This document shows, piece by piece, positions 52,191 to 62,794 of a DNA stretch of 64,000 nucleotides. A model generated the notes under the pieces. That model did not search any database. It was given only the letters and a program-made list of their open reading frames with translations, and had not been told where the DNA came from. Where the stretch lies: assembly GCA_963833095.1 (NCBI GenBank), contig CAWHWQ010000002.1, forward strand, positions 96,001 through 160,000, read 5' to 3'. The number at the start of each line of letters is the position of its first letter. Positions within the stretch are counted from its first letter, which is position 1. Made by a program: the position numbers and the translations under genes. Source of the DNA: Vulcanimicrobiota bacterium. GTDB lineage: Bacteria > Vulcanimicrobiota > Vulcanimicrobiia > Vulcanimicrobiales > Vulcanimicrobiaceae.

Positions 52191-53623
52191 CCCGGTGGAA
52201 TGCCTTCTGCGAAACGAAAGACATTTGTCGGATCGACTTTTGACTTGATCTTCCGTAGGTTTTGATAGTTTTCGCCGTGATAAGCGAGTTGCCAATCACG
52301 CAGCGACGGGTCGATGAAGTTCTGATAGGCGCCGCCCTTTGCGAGCGGCACGATCGCGTCGTAGAAGCCGTCGAGCCATGCCATATTGCGAGCGAGCACG
52401 TCGGGCGGCGTCGTCTGGGTCCAATATAGTTCGATCGAACTGAGCCACTGGCTGGAGCGATGAGCGAAGGCCATGTCGTGCGGTCCGTGATCGTTCACGC
52501 GCGCGCCGGTTTGAAATACCTTGAACGCCGCGCTTTTTGCCGTGCGCGGATAGCGCCGAAGCCACTCGAACACGACCGCATTTGCTTGGTGATCAAAGGG
52601 CGCATTAAAGAATCGCGAGCGCTCCTGATAGTACGCCGGATGGCCTGGTTCGGCGAGCACGTCTTGCGCGGCCCAATAGTGATCGTACGTGACGACCCCT
52701 TCGGGTTCGGCGATCGTGTAGACCGGCGCAAGCATCTCGCGCAGTTGCGCAGGAGTGCCTTGATACTGCCCGAGCAGTTGGACGGAAATATCCGGCGTGG
52801 CCGCGTCGGGCGCGATAGCCGACACCTTCGAACCCAGCGTCGCCGGCGCGTGAGCGAGGACGTCGATCAATCGTTCGAAGACGCGCTCGGGTTGACGCTT
52901 CCAAATCAGGTCGAACACTGTCAGTGGTCCAACCGCGTAGGTTTGAAACGAGAACGACGTGTTGATCCCAAAATTTCCGCCGCCTGCGCCACGACAGGCC
53001 CAAAACAACGCGTCGTCGCCGCGTACCGTGCGAATCGTGCCGTCCGCGGTGACGATGTCCGTTGCGATGAGCTGATCGCACGTAAGCCCGTGCGCTCGCA
53101 TATTGAAGCCGATGCCGCCGCCGAGCACGAGCCCGGCGATACCGACGGACGGACAGCGTCCGTGGGTAATCGCGACATTACGATCGCGAAACGCCGCGTA
53201 GAAGTTTGCGTTTCGAGCGCCGCCGCCGATCGTGGCAACGCCGCTGCGCTCGTCGAACGCCACGCGATTCATGCTCCGTAGATCGATCATCAAGCCGGGC
53301 GTCGTCGAATACCCGGCGTATGAGTGGCCGCCCGACCGCGCGACCAGCGGGACGCCGTATTCACGCGCAAAGAGAATCGCCGTGCTGACGTCGCGCGCAT
53401 CGCTGCAGACCGCAATGGCTTGCGGAAGGATTGCATCGTAGCGGAGGTTATTCGGTTGCGCGTACGCGCTATACCATTGATCTCCAGGACGTACGACCTT
53501 CCCGTTGAGACGACGCGCAAGGTCAGCCCATGGAATAGAACGACTCGCGCCCACAAGTCCGAGTGCGGAAGCGCTGAGCGCAGCAGATGCTGCGCCCTGG
53601 AGAAATACCCGCCGATTCAACAT
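52187..53623 (-). CDS. Tat-exported FAD-linked oxidase (berberine-bridge-enzyme-like)
   Basis: NRRVFL Tat motif; RSGGHSY and GRCPSVG (covalent FAD His/Cys positions); YQNF, KSKVDPTNVF. Confidence 0.9.
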   Translation of the reverse strand: MLNRRVFLQGAASAALSASALGLVGASRSIPWADLARRLNGKVVRPGDQWYSAYAQPNNLRYDAILPQAIAVCSDARDVSTAILFAREYGVPLVARSGGHSYAGYSTTPGLMIDLRSMNRVAFDERSGVATIGGGARNANFYAAFRDRNVAITHGRCPSVGIAGLVLGGGIGFNMRAHGLTCDQLIATDIVTADGTIRTVRGDDALFWACRGAGGGNFGINTSFSFQTYAVGPLTVFDLIWKRQPERVFERLIDVLAHAPATLGSKVSAIAPDAATPDISVQLLGQYQGTPAQLREMLAPVYTIAEPEGVVTYDHYWAAQDVLAEPGHPAYYQERSRFFNAPFDHQANAVVFEWLRRYPRTAKSAAFKVFQTGARVNDHGPHDMAFAHRSSQWLSSIELYWTQTTPPDVLARNMAWLDGFYDAIVPLAKGGAYQNFIDPSLRDWQLAYHGENYQNLRKIKSKVDPTNVFRFAEGIPPG

Positions 53624-53736
53624 GTTGTCCGTTTGGTCGTTGGCGAACAGCGCGCACTGCACCCCCGCCGGACATTCCTGGGCGGGCATGATCGAGGCGG
53701 CCGGTTCCTCGGGCAAATAAGGCGAATGACCCAGGC

Positions 53737-54178
53737 GTGGATTACATCGATGACAACCTGCTCACCGGCGAAGAAGTCGTCTATCGAGCAAAACTGCACC
53801 CCGTCATCTTTGCGCCCGGTACGACCGTCGTGCTGCTCGGGATCGTCATTGCTATCGCGTCCTACCAAAGCATTGGATTGGTCGTCGGCGTCATCGGCGT
53901 TCTTATGGGCGCAGGCTGAGCTGGTTCGGTACAACTATTCCGAATTTGCCGTCACGAACCGTCGTGTCATTGCCAAGTTTGGGGCCTTTAACCGCCGGTC
54001 TCTCGAATTGCAGTTGAGCAAGATCGAGGGTCTCGACGTTCACCAGACGCCGCTCGGCCAGATCTTCAACTACGGCACAATCGGTGTTCGAGGAATCGGC
54101 GGCACCGAGGAACTCTTTCCCGCGATTGCAGCACCACTCGAACTGCGCAAGCACGTGCAAGAAATGCTCCCCGAGTAG
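53737..54178 (+). CDS. Bacterial PH-domain membrane protein (frameshift near 53900-53916)
   Basis: YIDDNLLTGEEVVYRAKLH then, in shifted frame, SEFAVTNRRVIAKFG...QIFNYGTI. Confidence 0.75.
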
Positions 54179-54228
54179 CGCAACGCTCCCCGCGCAGCCG
54201 GGGTTAAAACTGGCGAGAGGTTTACGAC

Positions 54229-54744
54229 ATGACATCATCTACCGAGCGTGCAGTTCTTGCCGGCGGCTGCTTCTGGGGCGTCCAGGAGCTGCTGCGCAGT
54301 TACCCTGGGGTCATCTCGACGCGCGTCGGCTACAGCGGGGGCGAGGTGTCCAACGCCACGTATCGCAATCACGGCAACCATGCCGAGGCAGTCGAGATCG
54401 TTTTCGATCCGGCGCAGATCAGCTACCGGCAGTTGCTCGAGGTCTTCTTTCAGCTTCACGACCCGACGACGCTCAATCGCCAAGGTAACGACCGCGGCGC
54501 GAGCTATCGCTCCGCGATCTTCTACACCACCGACGAACAGAAGCGCGTCGCCGACGAGACGATCGCCGACGTTGATGCGTCAGGTTTGTGGCCGGGCAAA
54601 GTCGTGACCGAAGTCGCGCCCGCGGGTCCATTCTGGGAAGCCGAACCCGAGCATCAGGATTACCTCCAGAAATATCCGGATGGCTACACCTGTCACTTCC
54701 TCCGTAAGGACTGGAAGCTTCCGCAAAGGACGCACGTAACGTAA
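54229..54744 (+). CDS. msrA: Peptide-methionine (S)-S-oxide reductase
   Basis: [18 protein letters not shown]. Confidence 0.96.
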   Translation: MTSSTERAVLAGGCFWGVQELLRSYPGVISTRVGYSGGEVSNATYRNHGNHAEAVEIVFDPAQISYRQLLEVFFQLHDPTTLNRQGNDRGASYRSAIFYTTDEQKRVADETIADVDASGLWPGKVVTEVAPAGPFWEAEPEHQDYLQKYPDGYTCHFLRKDWKLPQRTHVT

Positions 54745-54761
54745 GAACGTAGCCCGATAGC

Positions 54762-56111
54762 ATGTGGCGGCGTCTATCGGGTCTGCTCGTTCTTGCATTG
54801 GTAACGGGCTGCGTGGGGAGCTTGGCGCCAATTCCGACGGCGAGGAATATCGCGCCGCCCGGTTCGAGCGCGAGCTTCACGATCTACGCCTTCGGAAACA
54901 CGTCAGGCACATACGGCCTGCCGGTGTCCCCGTCAAACGACGGTGCGCAGCCGAAAGGCACGTTGACGCTCGTATCGGGTGCAACCCCCATGCTCTTCGG
55001 TCGAACGGCGGCCGGCGGCAACACAAGCACGTGCGGTGCGTTTTTCGATATGAACCCCGCGTCGCCGTCAAGCTATTCGGTCATCTATCGCTTCAGCGGC
55101 AGCGACGGCTGCTCGCCGCGCCACGACGCGATGGTGCTCAACAGCGGCGGGCTGCTGTTTTCCACGACGCAAGGCGTCAACAACGACGGTATGACGGTCT
55201 ACAACAACGGCGACATCGTCACGGTCACGCCGGCGACGGCCGCAGTGAGCGTCTTCCACCAATTTGCCGGTCAGCCGTCGGACGGTTCGCAGCAGCACAG
55301 CAGTTTCTCATTCGACGCCAGCGGTGATACGTTCGGCATGTCGGCTGACGGCGGTTCGAACGACAAAGGCTTTCTCTACTACATTGCCGCGGGAAGCAGC
55401 ACGCCGATCGGCCTGCATAATTTCAAGAAAAGCGATGGCGAAGATCCGCATGGGCGCATCGTGCTTCTCGGCAACACGCTCTGGGGCATCACGCGCAAAG
55501 GCGGCAGTAACGGTCTTGGCGTCGTCTTCTCGCTTGCCGTTCCGTCGCCGCTTCCCACTACGAGCCAAGATCTCGCGATTACTATCGTGCATCAGTTTGC
55601 CGGGAACGGCAGCGATGGCGCGTTTTCCGATCACGGGTATCTCATTCCCGTCACGCAAGGCGGCTCGACCGTGCTCTACGGAATGACCGAATGCGGCGGC
55701 ACTGGCAACGGTAGCGACACGAGTTCTTGCAGCGGTCAAGGCGGCGGCGATGGGGTGATCTTTCAGATCGACCCGTCGACGGGGAAATACAACACGTTTT
55801 ACCAGTTTGCCGGAATGTCGAATAACGACGGCGCCGACCCCTATGGCTCGCTGCTCTACGATCCCACTTCCAATCTGATCTATGGTATGACGCGCAACGG
55901 CGGAAAATCCGATCAAGGCACCGTGTTCGCAATCGCACCCGGAGCGTTCGGCAGTCACGGAACGATATCGTGGCGTTACAGCTTCACCGGTCAAAACGGC
56001 GACGGAGCAAATCCGATCGACAACGTCATCCTGTATAACGGAACGTTGTACGGGATGACCGAGCAGGGTGGTACCGGCGCCGGCACGATTTTCGCGATCC
56101 CGCTGCCCTAA
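54762..56111 (+). CDS. Lipoprotein with GloVer (Gloeo_Verruco)-type tandem repeats, probable beta-propeller
   Basis: Lipobox VTGC; repeats of F.G..DG..P.G.L....LYG.T..GG....G..F. Confidence 0.8.
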   Translation: MWRRLSGLLVLALVTGCVGSLAPIPTARNIAPPGSSASFTIYAFGNTSGTYGLPVSPSNDGAQPKGTLTLVSGATPMLFGRTAAGGNTSTCGAFFDMNPASPSSYSVIYRFSGSDGCSPRHDAMVLNSGGLLFSTTQGVNNDGMTVYNNGDIVTVTPATAAVSVFHQFAGQPSDGSQQHSSFSFDASGDTFGMSADGGSNDKGFLYYIAAGSSTPIGLHNFKKSDGEDPHGRIVLLGNTLWGITRKGGSNGLGVVFSLAVPSPLPTTSQDLAITIVHQFAGNGSDGAFSDHGYLIPVTQGGSTVLYGMTECGGTGNGSDTSSCSGQGGGDGVIFQIDPSTGKYNTFYQFAGMSNNDGADPYGSLLYDPTSNLIYGMTRNGGKSDQGTVFAIAPGAFGSHGTISWRYSFTGQNGDGANPIDNVILYNGTLYGMTEQGGTGAGTIFAIPLP

Positions 56112-58969
56112 GCGCGAAGCGTTCCCGGAAGTACCGCGCGCAGGTGCGCTCCGCCGCGCACCGTGCGATGGCTGGCGGTAAACTCGCGCGCCAGTTGCGA
56201 GACGATGTACAACCCGCGCCCGCGTTCGGAATACACTTCCGAAGGAAGCTTCGGATTGAGCGAAAAGCCCGGGCCGCTATCGAGGACGTTTAACACGGGC
56301 GATGCTTGCGTTAAATCGAGGCCGACCTGGATCGGCGTGCGCGCATGGCGCACGGCGTTCCCAACGAGCTCGAAAAAGATCGTGTCCGCCGCGAAGCGAT
56401 CGTCGGCGTTCAGGCCACCGCGAACAAGAATTGAACCCATCTCGCTGCGCGCACGGTGCGCGGCGATACCATCGTCCCAGGCAAACGTCCAGCTTGGTGC
56501 AAACGGGGTGCCCAACATCGGCTGCTCGAAATAGGTCGTGAGCACCGCGACGTCGTCGTGCGAAATGCCGCCCGCGCCAAGCACCGCGTCGCGAATGGCG
56601 CTGGCAGCACACGAGGCGGTCGCGCCCGTCGTGTTCATCGCCGATACCGCTTGCATTAAGCGAAATTCGCCCTCTTCATGATCGTGATTCGCTTCCGTCA
56701 AGCCGTCGGTGTAGAGCGCCAACAGCGAACCGGGTTCGAGAATGACGCTCGAGACCCGCCGGTACCCGTGACGGGTTTCCTGGTCGAGGCCAAGCAGCAG
56801 ATCGTTCTCGACCAGCGGAACGATCGAACCATCCGGACACCGTAACAAGCCCGGCGGATGTCCCGCGCTCGCGTACTGCATCGAAAACGTCAGCGGATCG
56901 ACGACGGCAACAAACGCACTCGCGAACGGTGGTCTTCCCGAATCCAAGAACACGCCGTCGGCAGCCTTGAGCATGAGTTGCGGATCGGGATTGATCGTTG
57001 CCGCCGCTCGGATACTCTGACGCACCGCGCCCATCGTCGCGGCAGCTTCGACTCCCGAACCCGCGACGTCGCCAATCGACACCACCAGCCGTCCGTCGAG
57101 GAGCCGAAATGCGTCGTAGAAGTCGCCGCCGACGCGCGTATTGATCATCGCTGGCTCGTATAACGACGCAAAGTGGATGCCTGGAACCTGCGCCAGCGCC
57201 GCGGGGAGCGCTGCATCTTGGAACGAGCGCGCGATCCGCGCTTGCTGTTCGATATGCCAATCGTGGCGGCGCGCCGCGGCCAACTGCGCGCGTACACGCG
57301 TCACGAGTTGATCGGCGGAAAACGGCTTGACGAGATAGTCGTTGGCGCCGGATTGCAAGCCTGCTCTCGACGATTCTTCGCCCGCTCGCGCCGTAAGAAC
57401 GATGACGGGCAGTGCGTGCAACATGGGATCTTCCCGGATCGCTTGTAGTAACGCAAGACCATCCATCTCCGGCATCATTATGTCGCTGATCAGCAGATCG
57501 AACCGCTCGGAACGTAGCGCTGCCAGCGCCTTTCTGCCGTTGGGAACGCCCACCACCTCATAGTCGCTTCCGAGTAAATGCGTGACGTAGTCGCGCAGGT
57601 CGCGATTGTCATCGGCCAGGAGAATTCGTGCAAGCTCGGATTTCGGCTCGTCCCGCAGCGGCGCCCGAAGTGTGGCGGCGGTCTCAATCGTCGCTTGTAT
57701 TTCTGCAAGATATTGCTCGACCGAGCTAATCTGCCCGACGTGCTGCTGCTGCTTGATCTGCGCCGCGTCCAAGTGCGCGGTTCCTAGCGGAATCGCGACG
57801 CGGAACGTCGTGCCCTCGCCGACCGCGCTCGTGACGGTGATCGCGCCGCCATGCAGACGCACGAGTTCCTCGGCAAGCGCGAGCCCAATCCCCGAGCCTT
57901 CGTGCGAACGCGCCTGCGCGTTACGAGCGCGGTGAAACCGCTCGAACACGCGCGGTAGCTGTTCTTCGGGGATACCGACGCCGGTGTCGGACACGGTGAG
58001 CACCGCCGCATCGCCCGCCACGGCAAGCGCCACGCGAATCTCTCCCGTAAGGGTAAACTTCAGGGCGTTCGAGAGCAGGTTAAGGACGATCTTCTCCCAC
58101 ATCTCGCGATCGACGAAGGCGTTGCGCACCGGAGTAAACGCAGTGACGAGACGCAAGCCGGCGCTCTCGATCGCCGAACGAAAGACGCTGGTCAAGTCGT
58201 TGGTCACCGCCCCTAAATCGGTTTCTTCAAATGCGGCGCCGGCGCGACCAGCCTCTAAAGCCGAGAATTGCAGCAGCGTATTGACCAGTTTGAGCAACCG
58301 CAGCGCATTTCGCCGCGCCGACAAGAGAAGCGGCGTCTGCCCGTCATCGGCCGTGCGCAATAGCTCCTCGAGCGGACCGAGCATGAGCGTCAGCGGCGTG
58401 CGAAATTCATGACTGACGTTACTAAAAAAAGCGGTCTTTGCGCGATCTAACTCGGCAAGGGCCTCGGCGCGCTCGGCGGCTTCGCGTTCGCGCATAATCC
58501 GTTCCGTCGTCTCGGTGACCGCGCAGAACACGCCGCCGATTCCGCTCTCGGTTCGAATCGGGCTGTAGGAAAACGTGAAGTAGCGTTCTTCTGCAACGCC
58601 ATGGGTTTCGAGTGGCAGATACAGATCTTCTGAGTACGTCGCGCGCCCATCATTGATCACACAATCGAATAGTGGCTTAATCGAGGACCAGATCTCTGCC
58701 CAGATCTCTCGCGCCGGCTGGCCAAGTGCCGCCGGGTGCTTGTCGCGCAGAATGTCGGCGTACGCGTCGTTGTAGAACAGTATGAGGTCGGAACCCCAGA
58801 AGATGACGATCGGAAAGCGCGAGTCGAGGCAGATGCTCAGCGCCGTGCGAAGGCTTTGCGGCCAGCTCGACTCTGGACCGGCGCAGGTCGATCCCCAGTC
58901 GACACTGGGTAAGAGACCAGCAACAGTCCCAGACCCAGCCTGTGAAGCCTCGTCAGAAATACTCGTCAT
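56108..58969 (-). CDS. Hybrid sensor: PAS-like + HisKA/HATPase + REC + SpoIIE-type PP2C + RsbW-like ATPase
   Basis: SHEFRTPL, NLLSNALKF, DTGVGI; LADDN/SDIMMP; GGDFYD, GDVAG, YTDGL, DDVA; ELVGNAVRH, DSGPG, RGRGL. Confidence 0.9.
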   Translation of the reverse strand: MTSISDEASQAGSGTVAGLLPSVDWGSTCAGPESSWPQSLRTALSICLDSRFPIVIFWGSDLILFYNDAYADILRDKHPAALGQPAREIWAEIWSSIKPLFDCVINDGRATYSEDLYLPLETHGVAEERYFTFSYSPIRTESGIGGVFCAVTETTERIMREREAAERAEALAELDRAKTAFFSNVSHEFRTPLTLMLGPLEELLRTADDGQTPLLLSARRNALRLLKLVNTLLQFSALEAGRAGAAFEETDLGAVTNDLTSVFRSAIESAGLRLVTAFTPVRNAFVDREMWEKIVLNLLSNALKFTLTGEIRVALAVAGDAAVLTVSDTGVGIPEEQLPRVFERFHRARNAQARSHEGSGIGLALAEELVRLHGGAITVTSAVGEGTTFRVAIPLGTAHLDAAQIKQQQHVGQISSVEQYLAEIQATIETAATLRAPLRDEPKSELARILLADDNRDLRDYVTHLLGSDYEVVGVPNGRKALAALRSERFDLLISDIMMPEMDGLALLQAIREDPMLHALPVIVLTARAGEESSRAGLQSGANDYLVKPFSADQLVTRVRAQLAAARRHDWHIEQQARIARSFQDAALPAALAQVPGIHFASLYEPAMINTRVGGDFYDAFRLLDGRLVVSIGDVAGSGVEAAATMGAVRQSIRAAATINPDPQLMLKAADGVFLDSGRPPFASAFVAVVDPLTFSMQYASAGHPPGLLRCPDGSIVPLVENDLLLGLDQETRHGYRRVSSVILEPGSLLALYTDGLTEANHDHEEGEFRLMQAVSAMNTTGATASCAASAIRDAVLGAGGISHDDVAVLTTYFEQPMLGTPFAPSWTFAWDDGIAAHRARSEMGSILVRGGLNADDRFAADTIFFELVGNAVRHARTPIQVGLDLTQASPVLNVLDSGPGFSLNPKLPSEVYSERGRGLYIVSQLAREFTASHRTVRGGAHLRAVLPGTLRA

Positions 58970-59176
58970 CCCGTCTCCGGCACCCCTTTGCGGGCCTCTT
59001 ACCCAACTTCAGGCGCTTGCATGCCTCTCAAAAGAGCGCGCGAAGACGCATTTCCACGTGCTGGCCCGAAGCGACGTCGCCGATCGATTCGACGATAAAT
59101 CCCGCGGCTTGCCTGCTTTCCACTCTAGCACGATGGCGAGCAGGTTTTTGCAGCCCACCGTGCGCAGTGCATAGCG

Positions 59177-59563
59177 TTGACACCCGCGCCGTTCTCCGAT
59201 GCGTTTTCCGATTTTGTTCGGCGAAATATCTTCTCGGTCGAACAGATACAGGTGCTGGTGCTCTTAAGCGAGCAACCGCAACGCGTATGGTTCGCCGATG
59301 AATTGCGCGCCCGGCTTTCGAGCTCTAGCGGCTCGATTTTGAACCGTTTAGCGGTGCTGGTCCGGCGCGGCCTGGTCAGCGGCAACGAGCGCGACGGCTT
59401 TCGCTATAGCCCAGACGCTGCGCGCGACCCGCTGGTCGAGGAGTTGGGGCGCCAGTTTATCGAGCGACCCACGAGCGTGATTGCTTTGGTCTTTTCCGGA
59501 CCCAGCGCATTGGAGTCGTTCTCTGATGCCTTCCGGATCGGTGGCGAAGATGATCCTCGCTAG
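59177..59563 (+). CDS. Hypothetical protein, possible winged-HTH
   Basis: IFSVEQIQVLVLL...ELRARL...LVRRGLV...FSDAFRI; overlaps next gene. Confidence 0.7.
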   Translation: MTPAPFSDAFSDFVRRNIFSVEQIQVLVLLSEQPQRVWFADELRARLSSSSGSILNRLAVLVRRGLVSGNERDGFRYSPDAARDPLVEELGRQFIERPTSVIALVFSGPSALESFSDAFRIGGEDDPR

Positions 59564-59813
59564 CGGCGTGCTCATCGCGTGTACGCTGACCAGCGCACTC
59601 TGCGCGGCGCTCCTGATTCGCGCGTACCGTAAAACTCGTCAGCGTCTCCTTTTCTGGAGCGCACTGTGTTTCATCGGACTCTGCCTGAATAACGCGTTGC
59701 TCTTCGTCGACATTATCGCGCTGCCCAGTATTGATCTCTCGGTCTGGCGCCTGCTCCCGGCACTCTTGGGCATCGGCGCGCTCTGCTACGGACTGATCAT
59801 GGAGGTCGATTGA
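59550..59813 (+). CDS. DUF5985-like small membrane protein
   Basis: CTLTSALCAALLIRAYRKTRQRLLFWSALCF...NNALLFVD. Confidence 0.75.
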   Translation: MILASGVLIACTLTSALCAALLIRAYRKTRQRLLFWSALCFIGLCLNNALLFVDIIALPSIDLSVWRLLPALLGIGALCYGLIMEVD

Positions 59814-59814
59814 C

Positions 59815-60066
59815 GTGGCGTCCTTTCTTTCGGGCGCGATCATGATGGGCTGCTTCGTTGCCGCGACCTTCTTTTGGCGCTCGTGGCTGCGCACCACCGA
59901 CCGTCTGTTTTTCTGGTTCGCGCTCAGCTTTCTTATTTTAGGCGTCGAGCGGCTTGCCATCGTGTTGACCAACGTGGGCGAAACGACCACACCGTGGCTC
60001 TATCTCATGCGCATTCTGGCGTTCGCGCTCATTGCGATCGCCATCATCGGCAAGAATCGCCGTTGA
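59815..60066 (+). CDS. DUF5985-like small membrane protein
   Basis: FLSGAIMMG...FFWRSWLRTTDRLFFWFALSF...YLMRILAF...IIGKNR. Confidence 0.75.
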   Translation: MASFLSGAIMMGCFVAATFFWRSWLRTTDRLFFWFALSFLILGVERLAIVLTNVGETTTPWLYLMRILAFALIAIAIIGKNRR

Positions 60067-60073
60067 ACCGGTC

Positions 60074-61069
60074 CTAGCGGTTGATCATGGCCGCCTGACG
60101 CTCGTTGTAGCGCGGGCCGGAGATCTTGTCCGGCGTCAGCGACGCATCGAGCGTGGCCATGTCGTCGGCGCTAAGGTGCACCTTCGATGCGCCGAGATTC
60201 TCTTCTAAATAGCGCACGTGTTTGGTGCCCGGAATCGGCACGACATCCGGTCCCTTGTGCAAGAGCCACGATATCGCGATTTGGCCGGGCGTCGCGTCGT
60301 GACGCGACGCGATCTCGCGTACGATCGACGCAGCGCGCATATTTGCGTCGAAGTTTTCGCCCTGATAACGCGGGTCGCCGCGGCGATAGTCGCCTTGGGG
60401 ATATTCTTCCGCGCGTTTCACCGCGCCGGTCAAAAAACCGCGGCCCAGCGGCGCGAAGGGTACGATGCCGATGCTGAGTTCGCGCAGCAACGGAATGATC
60501 GCCGGCTCGAGATTACGCTCCCAGAGCGAATACTCGCTTTGCAGCGCGGAGATCGGATGCGTTGCATGCGCGCGCCGAATCGTCTCTTCGCCGACCTCAG
60601 AGAGTCCGAGAAAGAGCACCTTGCCTTCGCGCACGAGTTCGCCCATCGCGCCGACCGTTTCTTCGATCGGTGTGCCCGGATCTAAGCGATGTTGATAGAG
60701 CAAATCGATGCGATCGGTATGAAGACGGCGCAGCGACCCTTCCACCGCGTCGCGCACGTGTTGGGGCCGGCCGTCGGTGCCGGTCACGGCGCCGTCGGGG
60801 CCAAACGTGAAGCCGAACTTCGTCGCGATCACGGCTTGATCGCGTTTGCCCGCGAGCGCTTGCGCGAGCAGCTCTTCGTTGGTGTACGGACCATAGGCTT
60901 CGGCCGTGTCAAAAAACGTGCAGCCCATTTCAAGGGCGCGGTGGATCGTCTTGATCGACTCGGTGTCATCCCGTTCACCCGGGCCGTAGGCAAAGCTCAT
61001 GCCCATGCAGCCGAGCCCAATGTCGGAAACCGCGAGCCCTTCGATGCCGAGATTACGTGTTGCCAGCAT
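60074..61069 (-). CDS. Aldo/keto reductase
   Basis: GLGCMGMS, DTAEAYG, ATKFG, YQHR, PIPGT. Confidence 0.93.
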   Translation of the reverse strand: MLATRNLGIEGLAVSDIGLGCMGMSFAYGPGERDDTESIKTIHRALEMGCTFFDTAEAYGPYTNEELLAQALAGKRDQAVIATKFGFTFGPDGAVTGTDGRPQHVRDAVEGSLRRLHTDRIDLLYQHRLDPGTPIEETVGAMGELVREGKVLFLGLSEVGEETIRRAHATHPISALQSEYSLWERNLEPAIIPLLRELSIGIVPFAPLGRGFLTGAVKRAEEYPQGDYRRGDPRYQGENFDANMRAASIVREIASRHDATPGQIAISWLLHKGPDVVPIPGTKHVRYLEENLGASKVHLSADDMATLDASLTPDKISGPRYNERQAAMINR

Positions 61070-61114
61070 TGCTTCTCCCCACGCTTTGGTCACAGACCGC
61101 TACTATAGCATACG

Positions 61115-61141
61115 AAAAGACCGTCAAGAAGACGGTCTTTT
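61115..61141. terminator. Intrinsic terminator hairpin, symmetric A/U tails
   Basis: AAAAGACCGTC-aagaa-GACGGTCTTTT. Confidence 0.8.
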
Positions 61142-61166
61142 ACGTTACGAAGCGGCCGAGCCGCCT

Positions 61167-61514
61167 TTATCCGTGCGGCGGATGATGATGCGAGCTGCGG
61201 TACTCGTTATTGAATTTCTGCGGATTGTTGCGAAAGTCGCCTTGATGCGAGTGGTAGTACTGCGGGTCTTGGCGCTGATAATACGATTGAGCCGTGTTAT
61301 TGCTGACGTATTCTCGATTTCCGCCGTTGCTGTAGTAATACTGATTGCGGCTGGAATCGTAGATGAGCGTGCCGATGATCGCACCCACGAGTATGGCGGC
61401 GGCGGCGTTGGTCGAATTGTCGGCCTTTGCAACCGTTGGGACCATCAAACCACCCAATATAGCCATGCAGGCGGCCAGGGAACCCGCGCGAGCGAACGTT
61501 GTAAACTTGGACAT
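61167..61514 (-). CDS. Small secreted Tyr/Asn/Gln/His-rich protein
   Basis: Signal peptide ending AKA, second hydrophobic segment, low-complexity tail. Confidence 0.7.
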   Translation of the reverse strand: MSKFTTFARAGSLAACMAILGGLMVPTVAKADNSTNAAAAILVGAIIGTLIYDSSRNQYYYSNGGNREYVSNNTAQSYYQRQDPQYYHSHQGDFRNNPQKFNNEYRSSHHHPPHG

Positions 61515-61587
61515 AAAATCACTTTCCGATCTGGAACTCACAGCGTATCAGCCCAACGCGAGCGTCGCCATCGTTTAATGCGCGATA

Positions 61588-62676
61588 TCAAGCCCTCACA
61601 GCGATCTCGTAGGTGAAATTCGCAGGATCCAAGCTATCGCTTCGCACGCCCCCGACTTCCGCTTGCGGATACATGAGAAACGGCACCGGATCGCCGCTCG
61701 AGCCGGGAAGCGCGACGTCGTGCGCATCATTGTATGCCATGTAATTACCCTCCCACGCGCCGAAGAGCGTTTCACGCGCATTGACCACCTTGGGATCGCT
61801 CGGCGCAAGATTCCCCGGCGGTTCCTCCAGCATCACTTTGCGCACGTCGGCCGCATCGGCCGGAATCCATCCGTACTGACTTACGAAAATTTCGGCGCGG
61901 CAATGCTGCGCTTTGCTGATCGTCGAGGAGTTGGCGCCAAGACTCTTGTAGCCGAACGCCGACGGCGCGACGCGAATGCCGTACAGATCGCGCGCAGGTA
62001 ATCCGGCCGCGCGCGCGAGGCCAACCACCAAGCCATTGAGATCGGCGCATTTCCCGCCAAAATCACCCGTCTCTAGCAGAAATGAGATGTTGCCCAAGCC
62101 ACAGCCCCGCGTCTTGGGATTGCGATACGTGTTGGTTACCACCCACGCGTAGATGCGCTGCGCCTTTTCCAGCTCGGTCGTGGCGCCGGCCGTAATTTTG
62201 TCGGCCGTGGTTTTGACGATACCGTCGGTCGGAATGAACGAGGTCGGCGCCGTGTAGAGGCGGCGCTCGGCGTCGCTCAACGACGACGGGTGCGGCACTA
62301 AGAAATTGACGTTGCGATCGCGCGTCGTAACGTTCGACGTCACGATCAAGGTGCGCGCTTTGGTACTCGCGGGCAGCTGCGCATACAGCATCTGCGCGCC
62401 GTACCGCGGATCGGTTGCAAACTCGGCGGACGCAGCGTCGCCCGACCACGAACTCTTCCCCGGCCGCATCCAGCTGCTTTCCGAGAATGATGACACAGGT
62501 ATCCAAACCTTTGCCGCATCGCCGGGCGCGATGGTCACCGTCGTCGTCACCGCGTACGAGCGCCAGGGGCCCGGTTTGGGATCGAACGGATCGCTCGCCG
62601 CCTTCGCCACTCCGCGCAGACCCGCGATACCGAACGAAAGAGCCGCCGCGCTCTGGATAAATGACTGCCGTTTCAT
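61588..62676 (-). CDS. Exported transglutaminase-like protein
   Basis: GGKCADLN (Cys), QHCRAE (His), WIPADAAD (Asp); Tat-like KRQSFI leader. Confidence 0.85.
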   Translation of the reverse strand: MKRQSFIQSAAALSFGIAGLRGVAKAASDPFDPKPGPWRSYAVTTTVTIAPGDAAKVWIPVSSFSESSWMRPGKSSWSGDAASAEFATDPRYGAQMLYAQLPASTKARTLIVTSNVTTRDRNVNFLVPHPSSLSDAERRLYTAPTSFIPTDGIVKTTADKITAGATTELEKAQRIYAWVVTNTYRNPKTRGCGLGNISFLLETGDFGGKCADLNGLVVGLARAAGLPARDLYGIRVAPSAFGYKSLGANSSTISKAQHCRAEIFVSQYGWIPADAADVRKVMLEEPPGNLAPSDPKVVNARETLFGAWEGNYMAYNDAHDVALPGSSGDPVPFLMYPQAEVGGVRSDSLDPANFTYEIAVRA

Positions 62677-62794
62677 TGTTACATCATAACACCGGCGTCC
62701 GCTGCGCCCACCTAACCGCAACTTTACGCCCCCCTTGTGGCCTCCTTAGGGGAACGCGCTTTCTCAAGCGAATTCTGCATTTTTGGAGGGCCGC

